Shown here piece by piece: positions 1-10,417 of a stretch of 64,000 nucleotides of DNA. The stretch comes from Acidobacteriota bacterium. Its GTDB lineage: Bacteria; Acidobacteriota; UBA890; WLXD01. The position numbers and the translations under genes were made by a program. Below the pieces are notes generated by a model. It made no database searches. It had not been told where the DNA came from and worked only from the letters and a program-made list of their open reading frames with translations. The DNA is taken from assembly GCA_963666055.2 (NCBI GenBank), contig CAXWPH010000015.1, positions 1,984,001-2,048,000 on the forward strand. The letters are read 5' to 3'. Each line of letters opens with the position of its first letter. The first letter of the stretch is position 1.

Positions 1-435
1 CGGGCCGGATCCGTCCTTGCGCAGTCGGGCGATGCGGCGCTCGATGATCTCGAGGTCCGCCAGTATCGTCTCGGCCTGCAGGTCGCGAAGCTCCTGCTGC
101 GGATCCTGCTCGATTCCCAGCGCGCTGTTGTCGAAAGCACGCAGCACCTGCGCCAGGGCGTCCATCTCGCGCATGCTGTTGAGCACGCTGCGATCGAGCT
201 CGCGAATGCCCGCACCACCAGCGATGTCGCAAAACATGATCTCTGCGTGCGTCGTCTTCTTCGGCTGGTAGAGAATCGCCAAGCGGTCGAGGCGGTGGTC
301 GGCGACTCTCACCACGCCCAGGTTCTTGGTGCCGGCCTTGGAGGCCCCGGGGCCGGTTTGGGCGGCCAGCCCGGTGAGCGCATTGAAGACGGTGGTTTTG
401 CCGCTGCCAGGGAATCCTACGAGTCCGATCTTCAT
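1..435 (-). CDS. ychF: Redox-regulated ATPase YchF (Obg family), 3' end runs off the window
   Basis: Manual translation from ATG at 435 gives MKIGLVGFPGSGKTTVFNALTG (P-loop), later PKKTT.AEI.FCDIAG. Absent from the ORF track because it is truncated. Confidence 0.9.
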   Translation of the reverse strand, partial: MKIGLVGFPGSGKTTVFNALTGLAAQTGPGASKAGTKNLGVVRVADHRLDRLAILYQPKKTTHAEIMFCDIAGGAGIRELDRSVLNSMREMDALAQVLRAFDNSALGIEQDPQQELRDLQAETILADLEIIERRIARLRKDGSGP

Positions 436-528
436 CAGGTCGGCACGCTACACCACCGTAGTGGAGCGCGCTTGCGGCCCGCGTTCCCGGCGGCACGCGC
501 CGCTTCCGGCGCGATGCGATCAAACGTC

Positions 529-2268
529 TCAGTCACGTCTGCCCGGCCCATAGATCGCTTGCCCGGGGAGGGCGCCGGTGTGCTCACCGTCGCGCAGCAC
601 CTGCTCGCCGTTGACGAAGACGTGCACCATTCCGGTGGCGTATTGATGCGGATACTCGTAGGTGGCATGGTCGGCGATGGTGTCGGGATCGAAGATCGCC
701 AGGTCGGCGAAGTAACCTTTCCGGATCCGGCCGCGGTCGGCGATCCCGAGATTCTCACTGGGTAGGGCCGAGAGCCTACGGACAGCCTCTTCGAGCGGGA
801 TCACACCGCGATCGCGGACGTAGCGCCCGAGAAGCCGTGAGAAGTTGCCGTAGGCCCGCGGGTGGGTGCTGGTGAGCACGAACCGCCCCTCGGTTGCCAG
901 CGAGCCAGCGTCGGAGCCAAACGACACCCAGGGCAGAGCGATCTGCTTCTCGATGTTGCCCTCCGACATCAGGAAGTAAACGACCTGCACGCGCGTGCCG
1001 TCCTCGATCACCAGGTCGATCGCCGTGTCGGCCGGGTGCTGGCCGCGCTCGGCGGCAACTACGGCAAGCGTTTTGCCGGTGTACCGCTGGCGCAGCTCGG
1101 CGTTGCGGAAGCCGACCAGCAGCGTGCCCTCAGCGCCGGCGGCCAGCAAGAGGTTCTCCCACTCGTCGGTCGGTGTGGTCATCTCTTCTTTGACCCGCGC
1201 GCGAAGTTCAGGGTCTCCTAACCGTCGTGTCCATTCGGCGTATCCGCCCTCCTGCACCCACGGTGGCATCGCCGCATCGAGGCCGGTCGAGCCGGCGGTG
1301 TAGGTGTACATGTCGGCGGTAATCGCCAGGCCCTCAGCGCGCGCCGCCTCCACCCGGGCGATGACCTCGTCCATCTTCGACCAGTTCTGCTGACCGCCGG
1401 CCTTGAGGTGGTAGATCTCCGCCGCCACCCCAGCCTCGCGGGCCACGGTGATGAGCTCATCGACTGCCTCGATGAGGCGATTCCCCTCGGACCGCATGTG
1501 TGAAATGTACATGCCGCCGAATTCGCCAGCGGCGGCGCTGATGGCGATCAGCTCGTCCGTGTCGGCGTAAAATGCCGGCGCGTAGATAAGCGACGAGCCC
1601 ACCCCCATCGCGCCCTCGCGCATCGCAGCGCGAGCAAGATCCTGCATCCGAGCGAGCTCTTCCGCGGTGGGCGAGCGGTCCTCGTAGCCGAGCTCGTGAA
1701 CTCGCAGCGTCGTGGCGCCGACGAAGGAGGCGACGTTCGGTGCGACGCCCCTGTTCTCCAGGAAGGTCAGATATTCCCCGAGCGTTGTCCAGGGGACATT
1801 TATCGTCGAATCGGCGGCGAGGCCGAGCATTTCGCGCAGCGCCGCCTCGCTCCCCGCGTCGGCGACCCAGTTGGCGACGATATCGACCTTCATGGCGTCG
1901 TTGAGCGGCCCGTACGACGATCCTTCGCCGAATACCTCGAGGGTTACACCCTGCCGGATGTCGCCCTGCGAACGGCCGTCGACGATGAGCGAGTCGGTCG
2001 CCCAGCTCAGCATGTTGACGAAGCCGGGCGCCACCGCCAGCCCGGCGACGTCGATTTCCTCTTCGCCAACGGCGTTGTCGAGGTCTCCGATCGCGACGAT
2101 GCGGTCGGCAGCAATGGCGAGATCTCCGAGGAACGGTGCCTCGCCGCTGCCGTCGTAGATGGTGCCGCCACGCAGGACGATGTCGTACGAGAGCGGCGGT
2201 GTGCTGGCGCACGCATACGTCAGCAGGGCGGCTAGCAACAGGGTCGGGGCAACACGGACTCCAGACAT
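529..2268 (-). CDS. N-acyl-D-amino-acid deacylase / amidohydrolase_3 family, probably a lipoprotein
   Basis: YDIVLRGGTIYDGSG, APGFVNMLSWA, SHMRSEG, HPRAYGNF, G..ADLAIFDP; N-terminal hydrophobic stretch ending in TYAC. Confidence 0.88.
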   Translation of the reverse strand: MSGVRVAPTLLLAALLTYACASTPPLSYDIVLRGGTIYDGSGEAPFLGDLAIAADRIVAIGDLDNAVGEEEIDVAGLAVAPGFVNMLSWATDSLIVDGRSQGDIRQGVTLEVFGEGSSYGPLNDAMKVDIVANWVADAGSEAALREMLGLAADSTINVPWTTLGEYLTFLENRGVAPNVASFVGATTLRVHELGYEDRSPTAEELARMQDLARAAMREGAMGVGSSLIYAPAFYADTDELIAISAAAGEFGGMYISHMRSEGNRLIEAVDELITVAREAGVAAEIYHLKAGGQQNWSKMDEVIARVEAARAEGLAITADMYTYTAGSTGLDAAMPPWVQEGGYAEWTRRLGDPELRARVKEEMTTPTDEWENLLLAAGAEGTLLVGFRNAELRQRYTGKTLAVVAAERGQHPADTAIDLVIEDGTRVQVVYFLMSEGNIEKQIALPWVSFGSDAGSLATEGRFVLTSTHPRAYGNFSRLLGRYVRDRGVIPLEEAVRRLSALPSENLGIADRGRIRKGYFADLAIFDPDTIADHATYEYPHQYATGMVHVFVNGEQVLRDGEHTGALPGQAIYGPGRRD

Positions 2269-2383
2269 GGCCGGGCTCTCGGGTGTTCGATCGGCGTGTG
2301 GTGGCTGTGCGCGGTAGCTTACGATGGGCGGTCACAGCGGGCGCTCGGTCGAGTCGTGGCCCCGCGAAGATGAGGAATCCGGA

Positions 2384-3232
2384 GTGACCCGCAAAGCACG
2401 CCGCTCGGCCAGTCCACCGTCCGAGTCAACCGGGCCCACCAAGGCCGAGAAGGCCGACAAGCACGCCCTGTACGAGCGTGCCGTGCAGGAACCGGAGGCG
2501 GACATCGATTTCGCGATCGATGCGTTTCGCAGCGAGTTCGGGCGCCGTGCGCATCGCTTGCGCGAAGACTTCTGCGGCACCGCAGCCGTCTGCCGTGATT
2601 GGGTGCTGGCACACAAGAAGAATCAGGCTTGGGGTGTCGACCTGAATCGCGAGCCGTTGGTCTGGGGACAGGCGAATAACATCGACCCGCTGCTCAAGAA
2701 GCTACGGCGGCGGGTGACCCTGATCGAAGGCGACGTGCGAACCGTGCGCACGCCGCCGGTCGATGTCGTCATAGCCTCCAACTTCTCGTACTTCTTGTTT
2801 ACCGAACGCGCTGCCCTATTGCGCTATCTGCGGGCCGCGCGTCGCAACCTCGATCACCAAGGACTGCTGATCCTGGATGCCTACGGCGGTCCGGAATCGG
2901 TGCGACGCGTCGAGGATGAGACCGAGCATGACGACTTCAGCTACATCTGGGATCAGGACGACTTCGATCCCATAAACCGAATGGCGACCTGCTACATACA
3001 CTTCACGTTTGGCGACGGCAGTGCCCTGCGGCGCGCCTTCACCTACCGCTGGCGCATGTACACCATCCCGGAGATCCGGGAGGCGCTGGCCGACGCCGGC
3101 TTCGCGTCATCGACGGTGTACTGGGAAGGCACCGATGGGAAGACCGGTGAGGGCGACGGTGTCTACACGCCCCAGGAAAGCGCCGAGCCTGATGAGGCCT
3201 GGGTCTGCTACATCGTCGCGGCGAAACGCTGA
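2384..3232 (+). CDS. Class I SAM-dependent methyltransferase
   Basis: LREDFCGTA motif I variant, GVDL, NFSYF, WDQDDFDPI. GTG start at 2384 is inferred (ORF is open from 2324). Confidence 0.8.
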   Translation: MTRKARRSASPPSESTGPTKAEKADKHALYERAVQEPEADIDFAIDAFRSEFGRRAHRLREDFCGTAAVCRDWVLAHKKNQAWGVDLNREPLVWGQANNIDPLLKKLRRRVTLIEGDVRTVRTPPVDVVIASNFSYFLFTERAALLRYLRAARRNLDHQGLLILDAYGGPESVRRVEDETEHDDFSYIWDQDDFDPINRMATCYIHFTFGDGSALRRAFTYRWRMYTIPEIREALADAGFASSTVYWEGTDGKTGEGDGVYTPQESAEPDEAWVCYIVAAKR

Positions 3233-3259
3233 GACGATCGCAGTTCGTGCTTTTCAAAG

Positions 3260-3286
3260 TGATATCAGTTTGATACACTGATCTCG
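3260..3286 (+). promoter_or_regulatory. Candidate operator for the RHH/Arc protein upstream of the SPFH operon
   Basis: Palindrome TGATATCA (3260-3267), then TGATACA (3271) and TGATCTC (3279), in an AT-rich patch. Confidence 0.55.
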
Positions 3287-3379
3287 ATTGAGGTCTGAGA
3301 CACCAAGGTCTGGCGCCAAGGCAGCCGCCCCGCAGGCGAGGGCCCCACCAGCGACCTCCAAGAGAATCAGGAGCGACGG

Positions 3380-4270
3380 ATGATGCGCGAGATCGACCAC
3401 AAGTCAATGAGTGGCTTGGTAATGCTGTTCGTATTGCTGGCGGCGCTCGTAGGAGTGGGCTGGATGATCGTGGCGACGCTCCGCGACCTTGCACAGCTCG
3501 GCGCGAGCCCCGGCCGCCTCGGGTGGCTCGTCGGGCTGGTCGTCGCCTTGGTCGCCGATCTGGTGATGCTGGCAGGCGTGTTTACCGTTGCCCCGCACGA
3601 AGGCAAAGTGCTGCAGCTCTTCGGTCGCTATGTGGGGACGGCCAAGGAGCCCGGACTGCGGTGGGCCAATCCGTTCTTGACCAAGAAGAGGGTATCGCTG
3701 CGGGTGCGCAATTTTGAGACCGGCAAGCTCAAGGTCAACGACAAGCGAGGCAACCCGATCGAACTTGCTTCGGTTGTGGTCTGGAAGGTGGTCGACACCG
3801 CTGAGGCCGTGTTCCTGGTCGACGACTTCAAGCACTACGTGCATGTGCAGAGCGAGGCGGCTGGACGGGCCCTGGCCACGGGCTACCCGTACGACGTGTT
3901 CGAGGAAGGTGAGGTGTCGCTGGTGTCGCACACCGCCGAGATCAGCGACAAGCTCAAGATCGAGATCCAGGACCGTCTCAACAGGGCGGGAGTCGAGGTG
4001 ATCGAAGCTCGTATCAGCCACCTGGCGTACTCGCCCGAGATCGCCAGCGCCATGCTGCAGCGCCAGCAGGCCGCGGCGGTGATCGCGGCGCGCAAGCAGA
4101 TCGTCCAGGGCGCCGTCGGCATGGTGGAGGACGCGCTGACCCAGCTTTCTGAACACGGCATCGTGGAGCTCGACAGCGAGCGCCGTGCCCAGATGGTCAG
4201 CAACCTGCTGGTGGTGCTGACGAGTGAGTCGCGCCCGCAGCCGGTGGTGAACGCGGGCAGCCTTTACTAG
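3380..4270 (+). CDS. SPFH/band 7 (stomatin-like) membrane protein
   Basis: Two N-terminal TM helices; LFGRYVGT...[49 protein letters not shown]. Confidence 0.93.
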   Translation: MMREIDHKSMSGLVMLFVLLAALVGVGWMIVATLRDLAQLGASPGRLGWLVGLVVALVADLVMLAGVFTVAPHEGKVLQLFGRYVGTAKEPGLRWANPFLTKKRVSLRVRNFETGKLKVNDKRGNPIELASVVVWKVVDTAEAVFLVDDFKHYVHVQSEAAGRALATGYPYDVFEEGEVSLVSHTAEISDKLKIEIQDRLNRAGVEVIEARISHLAYSPEIASAMLQRQQAAAVIAARKQIVQGAVGMVEDALTQLSEHGIVELDSERRAQMVSNLLVVLTSESRPQPVVNAGSLY

Positions 4271-4541
4271 CAGGCCGTGGTGAAAGTGTGGTGGGTCTGG
4301 CGACAGGGACTTGCGAAGTGGAGGCAAGGAGAGAGGAGGAGGCGATGGTTAGCCCATCGTTGACGAGGAACGACGCAGGATACGCCCGCAACCCCCTGTC
4401 GCCCGAAGGGTTACGGCGATTTGGGGCCATCTGCAGCGTTGGCCTTCCTCGACGATGGCCGGGGCATCGCCAGTGTCAGGCTGCCTTGCATCTGGCCCCA
4501 ACTCGCCGTAACCAGACCCACCACACTTTCACCACGGCCTG
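4271..4541. mobile_element. Non-autonomous miniature inverted-repeat element (MITE), 271 bp
   Basis: Perfect 30-bp TIRs: CAGGCCGTGGTGAAAGTGTGGTGGGTCTGG (4271-4300) and its reverse complement (4512-4541). CTAG flanks both sides (4267-4270, 4542-4545). Two internal hairpin arms. Confidence 0.85.
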
Positions 4542-4628
4542 CTAGACGCGGCAAAGGCGCTGCGTATGTGATTCGGCAGCAGATAGCGGGGCGCCGTAGG
4601 GCATTCCGCCGAGGCGAGCAAAGGGCAG

Positions 4629-4823
4629 GTGGCAGAGCGCAAAGCGGTCCTGATCCGGCTCGATCCGAGGGTCCACGCGTCGCTGCGTCGGTGGGCCGAC
4701 GACGAGCTTCGATCATTCAACGCGCAGGTAGAATACGTGCTGCGGCGCGCCTTGCGCGACGCCACGCGGATGCGCCCTGACGGATCAGACGACAGCGCCA
4801 CGAACGAGCCGCCGGAGCCGTGA
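4629..4823 (+). CDS. Ribbon-helix-helix (Arc-like) DNA-binding protein, usual partner of SPFH genes
   Basis: MAERKAVLIRLDP.VH..LRRWADDELRSFNAQVEYVLRRAL. Confidence 0.85.
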   Translation: MAERKAVLIRLDPRVHASLRRWADDELRSFNAQVEYVLRRALRDATRMRPDGSDDSATNEPPEP

Positions 4824-4949
4824 CCCCGCCGGGCTCGGGGTCCCTATCACCCGGGAGGATCGACTGCGATACTTTGAAGGGATCCCCGCTCCCTGGCCCC
4901 CTGTAGTCGCGCGACCGCCAGCCGGCGCCGCCGCCTTCCGCGCACGACC

Positions 4950-6357
4950 ATGACCGAACAGCAGCGTTTCACCTGCGACTGGCTGTGGAACCAGCTCGTC
5001 GTGCTCTCCGATGGCAAGGTCGTCTGCGGCTGCGCCGATCCACACGGCGAGCGGCCGCTTGGCGATCTCAACACGCAAACGCTGCACGATATCTGGAACG
5101 CGCCGCACGTCAAGAAGATCCGCCGCCAGCTGAACCAGGGCTACGCGCCGTTCTGCAGGCCATGTGGCCTCAAGACCATGGTCGACGAGGACTACGAGAT
5201 TCCTCAGCGACCGGAGCACGTCGAGACGCTGCCGCGGATCTTCCTGGAGCCCGCCGTCGGCTGCAACATCTCGTGCTTGGAGGCGGTATGCAATCAGACC
5301 TCGAAGATTGTTCAGACACGCTCACAACGCCTGATGGGCTGGGATGATTTCAAGCGTATTGTCGATTCGGTCGGCGACGAGCTCCTGCGCCTCGACTTCT
5401 TCAACTACGGCGAGTCGTTCGTGCACCCCAAGTCGATCGACATGATGGAGTACATCAAGGCGACCTACCCGAACGTATTCCTCTACATCAGCACCAACGG
5501 CTTGCTGCTCACCCGACGACAAGATGGAGCGCCTGGTGAAGGCCGGGGTCGACGAGATCACTTTCTCAGTCGACGGACCCGACCACGACACGTACGTGAA
5601 GTATCGCGTCAAGGGTGACTTCGACAAGGTGTTCGGCATCATGCGCCGGTTCGTCGAGATACGGGACTCGCAGGGGTCGCAGCTGCCGTTCCTCAACTGG
5701 CGCTACATCATCTTCAATTGGAACGACTCCGACGAGAAGATGCGCCGCACGCGCGAGCTAGCCGCCGAAATCGGCATCGACAAGCTCGTCTGGGAGATCA
5801 CCAACCATCCCCCGGTGGCGGTGAGCAAGAAGTATCAGCCGGGAACGCCGGCGTGGCGCGAGATCTACCACGAGATCTGGGATACGAGCCAAACTTGCAA
5901 CGCCATCGACGGGAAGCGCCTGCTGGCCGCCATCTCCGTCGAGAGCGAAGGCGCCTGGGAGGGCCGTGTCACGGACCCCACCATGTTGACGCTACACGTG
6001 GAGAACATCGGAGGCGCGCTGTGGCGGTGTGCGGCACACGGGTGGCGGCGAACCGTTCGCCTCGGTGCCCAGCTGCACGATGGCAACCGCAACATGATCG
6101 ATCGCGACTACGCGCGCGCCTTCTTACCGCACGATCTGGCCGGCAACGAGGCGGTGGACATCGAAATCGAGCTGCCAGCGCTCGAAACTCCCGGTGACTA
6201 CACGCTGAAGTTCGACATGGCGTGTGAGGGCATCGACTGGTTCGAGTCCGGTGGCTCGCCGGTGGCCTGGGGCGACTTCACCGTCGCTTCGGCTGCCGAT
6301 CCGACCTCTCGGCTGCTGACCGGCGCGCCAACCCTTGGCCGACGACCGACCGGGTGA
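4950..6357 (+). CDS. Radical SAM protein with N-terminal SPASM/twitch domain and C-terminal Ig-like domain; frameshift near 5512
   Basis: ORFs 4950-5618 and 5524-6357 join as ISTNGLLLT-DDKMERLVKAGVDEITFSVDG. Motifs CNISCLEAVC and NYGESF. N-terminus C..LW..LVV.SDG.V.CGC.D...LG.L...TL..IWN...C..C. Confidence 0.8.
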
Positions 6358-6385
6358 TGACGCCTGGGTACACACGATCCGACCC

Positions 6386-7965
6386 TCAACGCAGGCGGTA
6401 CCGCTGGATCTTGCCGGTGGCGGTCTTGGGCAGTTCCTCGACGAACTCGATCCAGCGCGGGTATTTGTAGGGTGCGAGGGTGTCTTTGACGAACTCTTTG
6501 AGTTCCTCCGCCAGGCTGTCGCGGGCGGTGACGCCGTCGCGTAGCACCACGAACGCCTTGGGCTTCACCAGGCGGGTGTCGTCCTCGGCACCTACCACCG
6601 CCGCCTCGAGAACGACATCGTGCGTGAGGAGAGCAGCCTCGACCTCGAACGGCGAGACCCAGATTCCCCCCACCTTCAGCATGTCGTCGCTGCGTCCCTG
6701 GTACCAGTAGTACTCATCGGCGTCGACGAGGTACTTGTCGCCGGTGCGGATCCAGGCGCCTTCGATAGTGGCCTTGGTCTGCTCGTGGCGGTTCCAGTAG
6801 AAAGCGCAAGTAGAGTCGCCCTTGATGAGCAGGTTGCCGACCTCGCCCGGGGCTACCCGCGCGCCGTTGTCGTCGACGATACGTGCCTCGTAGCCGGGAA
6901 CGACCTGGCCGCTGGAGCCCGGTCTCACCGCGCCGGGTCGATTGGCAATGAACATATGCAGGACCTCGGTCGACCCGATGCTGTCGAGGATCTCGTGCCC
7001 GTAGCGCTGCTGCCAGCGCTCGTACAACGCCGCCGGCAGTGCTTCGCCGGCTGAAACGCAAGCCCGCAGGCTCGACAGTGCCTGGCGCGCCGGCGCGTCC
7101 GGGTACGCCAGCAAGCCGGCGTAGCCGGTGGGAACCGAGTAAAAGACGCTGGGGCGGTACTGCTGCAGCACGTCGAAGACCGCGGCCGGCCCGGGGGCCC
7201 AGGGTCGAGAACGGTCGAGGCGCCAACGCGGAACGGAAAATAGAGCGCGTTGCCCAGACCGTAGGCGAAGAACAGCTTCGCCACCGAGAAGGTGATGTCG
7301 GACTCCGACATTGACAGCACTTGCCGAGCGTAGGTGTTGGCGCAGACCAGCATGTCGTGCTGTAGGTGAACTGTTCCCTTCGGGAAACCCGTTGTGCCTG
7401 AGGAGTAGAGCCACAGGCACGGGTCATCCTTGCTCATCTCCTCGGCATCGAGCTCTGACGCGGCCGCGACACACAGTTCCGCCAGCGAATGCACCGTGAT
7501 CGACGCTCCCGCGGCCGGCAATTCCGGCGCCTCGCCATTTGGCCCGGGCGCAACGACCAGGTGCCGCAGGTAGTGCAGCCGGTCACGGATCGGCTCGATG
7601 GCGCTGAGCAACGGTGCCGTTACGATCAGCACCCGGGCGCGGGAATCGTTCAGCAGGTATTCGTAGTCGGCGGGGGTCAGCAGCGTGTTGGTGGGAACCG
7701 GCACGGCGCCGATCTTGATAGCTCCGAAGAACGAGTACACGAAGTCCGGGCTGTCGAGCAACAGCAACATCACGCGCTGCTCTAGATCGAGTCCGAGGCC
7801 TCGGAGCGCGTTGCCGACCCGATTCACGCCCGTCAGCACCTCCGCATAGGTGTGAGTGCTGCCATCGGGGACGTAGTGGATCGCCACCTTGCCGCCGCGC
7901 CCGGCCTCGACGTTGGCGTCGACGAAGTCAGACGCCGCGTTCATGCGGTCAGGAATCTCTATCAT
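6386..7965 (-). CDS. Benzoate-CoA ligase family protein; frameshift near 7195
   Basis: WLYSSGTTGFPKG, SVAKLFFAYGLGNAL, SAGEALP, IGSTEVLHMFIAN, LPKTATGKIQRYRLR, split over ORFs 6925-8049 and 6386-7420. Confidence 0.88.
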
Positions 7966-8069
7966 GGGTTCCCTGCATTGCGAATCACACATTTCGAGTG
8001 TGAAGCTTTCGTGACAAGTCCAATCTAACCTGCAATAGGGGCAGCTCACTGTCCTGCGGGGAACGAAAC

Positions 8070-8782
8070 ATGCAACACATCTTGGTGGTAGAGGACGAGC
8101 CGGATATCGCCCGGCTGATTGCTCTTCACTTGTCCGACGCCGGCTTCGACGTCGATATCGAGCACACGGCTCGTGGCGGCCTCGAGAGAGCGCGTGGAAA
8201 CAGCCACGATCTCGTGATCCTCGACCTCATGCTGCCGGATGGCGATGGCCTGGATATTTGCCGAGCGCTGCGGGCCAGCGCGGACTACACGCCGATCCTC
8301 ATCCTCACGGCCAGGTCCACGGAGCTCGACCGCGTTGTCGGCCTCGAAGTGGGCGCCGACGACTACCTGGTAAAGCCCTTCGCGGTGCGCGAGTTGGTGG
8401 CACGTGTGAAAGCGATCTTGCGTCGCGTTGAGCTCTCGACCGGAGTTGCGCAGCGGAGTATCTCGAGGCTTGGAAATCGAAGGCCTGATTATCGAGCCCG
8501 AGAAGCGCGGCGTCACCGTCAACGCGAAGCCCGTGGAGCTGACCGTGACGGAGTTCGATTTGCTCGTGCAGCTGGCGTCGAACCCCGGGCGTGTATACAC
8601 GCGGGCGCAGCTCCTGGATCTGGTGTGGGGAGTCGCCAGCGATTCGTACGAGCACACCGTCAATGCTCATGTCAATCGTCTGCGTGCCAAGATTGAACCC
8701 GATCCGGGCGCACCCGTTCTACGTTCGCACCGTGTGGGGTGTGGGCTACAGGTTCGTCGATCCCAGCGCCCAGGAATTCTGA
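8070..8782 (+). CDS. OmpR-family response regulator; frameshifts near 8470 and 8710
   Basis: ILVVEDEPDIA, LDLMLPDGDG, GADDYLVKPF; winged helix LTVTEFDLL...RAQLLDLVWG...HVNRLRAKIEPDP; YVRTVWGVGYRF, spread over three frames. Confidence 0.88.
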
Positions 8783-10236
8783 TGCACAATCTCCATACGA
8801 AGCTGTCTTTGGCCCTGTTGGCGGTGCTGGCAGCGGCTTCCGTCGGGATGGTGGTGCTGCTGGCGCGCACCAGTCAGATGTACCAACAGGAGGTGCAACA
8901 ACAGCTCAACGATGGCCTGGCGGACCCACATTGTCGAGCAATACGAGCTCATACGGGCCGACACTGTTGCCGAGGACGCGCTCGCCGATCTGTTCGGCTT
9001 GTTGATGGTGATCAACCCCAGCATCGAGGTGTACTTGCTCGACCCCGAGGGCCGCATCCTCGCCGATGCGGCGCCCGAGGGCCGCATACGCCGCGAGCGC
9101 ATCTCGCTCGTGCCGGTGCAGCAATTGCTGCAGGGGAGCACGCGATTCCCCATCTTCGGCGATGATCCCCGCGACCCCCTTGGCAGCAAAGTGTTCTCGG
9201 CCGCACGTATCCTGAGCGAAGGTCGGCTGCAGGGGTATCTTTACGTCGTGCTCGGCGGCGAGGCGTACGATAGCGCCGCCGCGATGCTCGCCAGCAGCTA
9301 CATCGTTCGCCTGAGCGCCTGGCTTGGTGCGGGCATTCTCGTCCTGACGTTGCTTGCCGCCGGATTCCTCTTCCGTCGCTGACGCGGCCGTTGATCGCTC
9401 TAGACGCCGAAATGGCTCAGTTCGAGCTCGCAGAGTTGAGCGCTCCGCATCCGGCCGGGGTCGCCGTCGGCGACGAAGTACAGCGTCTACAAGCGTCGTT
9501 CACGCGTCTGGCGCAGCGGCTGCGACAGCAACTAGCCGAGCTGGAGCGCACCGATCGGCTGCGGCGCGAGCTGGTGGCGAGCGTGTCACATGACTTGCGG
9601 ACACCGCTTACCCACCTGCAGGGATATCTCGAAACGCTGCAGCTAAAAGACGACTCGTTGCAACCGGCCGAGCGCGCCGGGTATCTGCGCATCGCGGTAG
9701 ACTACTGTGACCGCTTGGCCCGCCTGATCGATGATCTGTTCGAGCTCGCCAAGCTCGAGGCGTTGCGGGCGCCGATCAAGACCGAGCGTTTCTCGGTCGT
9801 CGAGCTAGCCCGTGACGTCGTCGACAAGTTCCAGCTCACCGCGCAGCAGCGAGGCATCCACTTGTCCGTTGCCGACGGTCCGCGCAGCTGCGACGTCGAG
9901 GCCAACCCCGGCCTCATCGAGCGCACGCTCGAGAACCTCATAGCGAACGCCTTGCAACACACCGAGAGCGGCGGCCTGATCGATGTGGTTCCTCAGCGTC
10001 GGTCTCAAGCCGTGCACATCGAGGTCCGGGGTACCGGCCGAGGGATAACCGAGGCTGATCAGAAACATGTCTTCGATCGTTTCTTCCGTACTTCGGGCGA
10101 TCGAAAGTCCGATTCCGGCACCGGGTTGGGTCTGGCGATCGCCAAGCGGGCGGTGGAGTTGCACCAGGGCAGCATCAGCGTGCGCAGCGTGCCCGGACAA
10201 GGCAGCGTCTTCGGCTTCGGAGTTGCCGCACGCTGA
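8782..10236 (+). CDS. HAMP-domain sensor histidine kinase; frameshifts near 8925 and 9378
   Basis: ATG overlaps the regulator stop (TGATG); two TM segments; H-box VSHDLRTPL, N-box NLIANA, G-box GTGLGLAIAK. Confidence 0.85.
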
Positions 10237-10299
10237 TGTCTCAGGAGCGGAGGCGGGCGTGGCACCGCTGTAGTAACGGGCGCCACATTTATTCCCCAG

Positions 10300-10337
10300 C
10301 GTGACGGAATCGTGAAAAACTCGTGACCGGTGCGTGA
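10300..10337 (+). promoter_or_regulatory. Four CGTGA direct repeats at 11-bp period, candidate OmpR-type binding site
   Basis: CGTGA at 10300, 10311, 10322 and 10333, about 80 bp upstream of the spondin gene. Confidence 0.65.
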
Positions 10338-10417
10338 GAAACGCCGTGCAGGGTGGGCGCACAAAGTCAGGCGAGCTGCCTGTCGCCGTCACCCCGTTGT
10401 CGCATGGAGGATTACCA

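Noticed and set aside
4288-4545. 85-aa ORF spanning the MITE
   Set aside because: No transposase or other motif; the sequence is explained by inverted-repeat structure.
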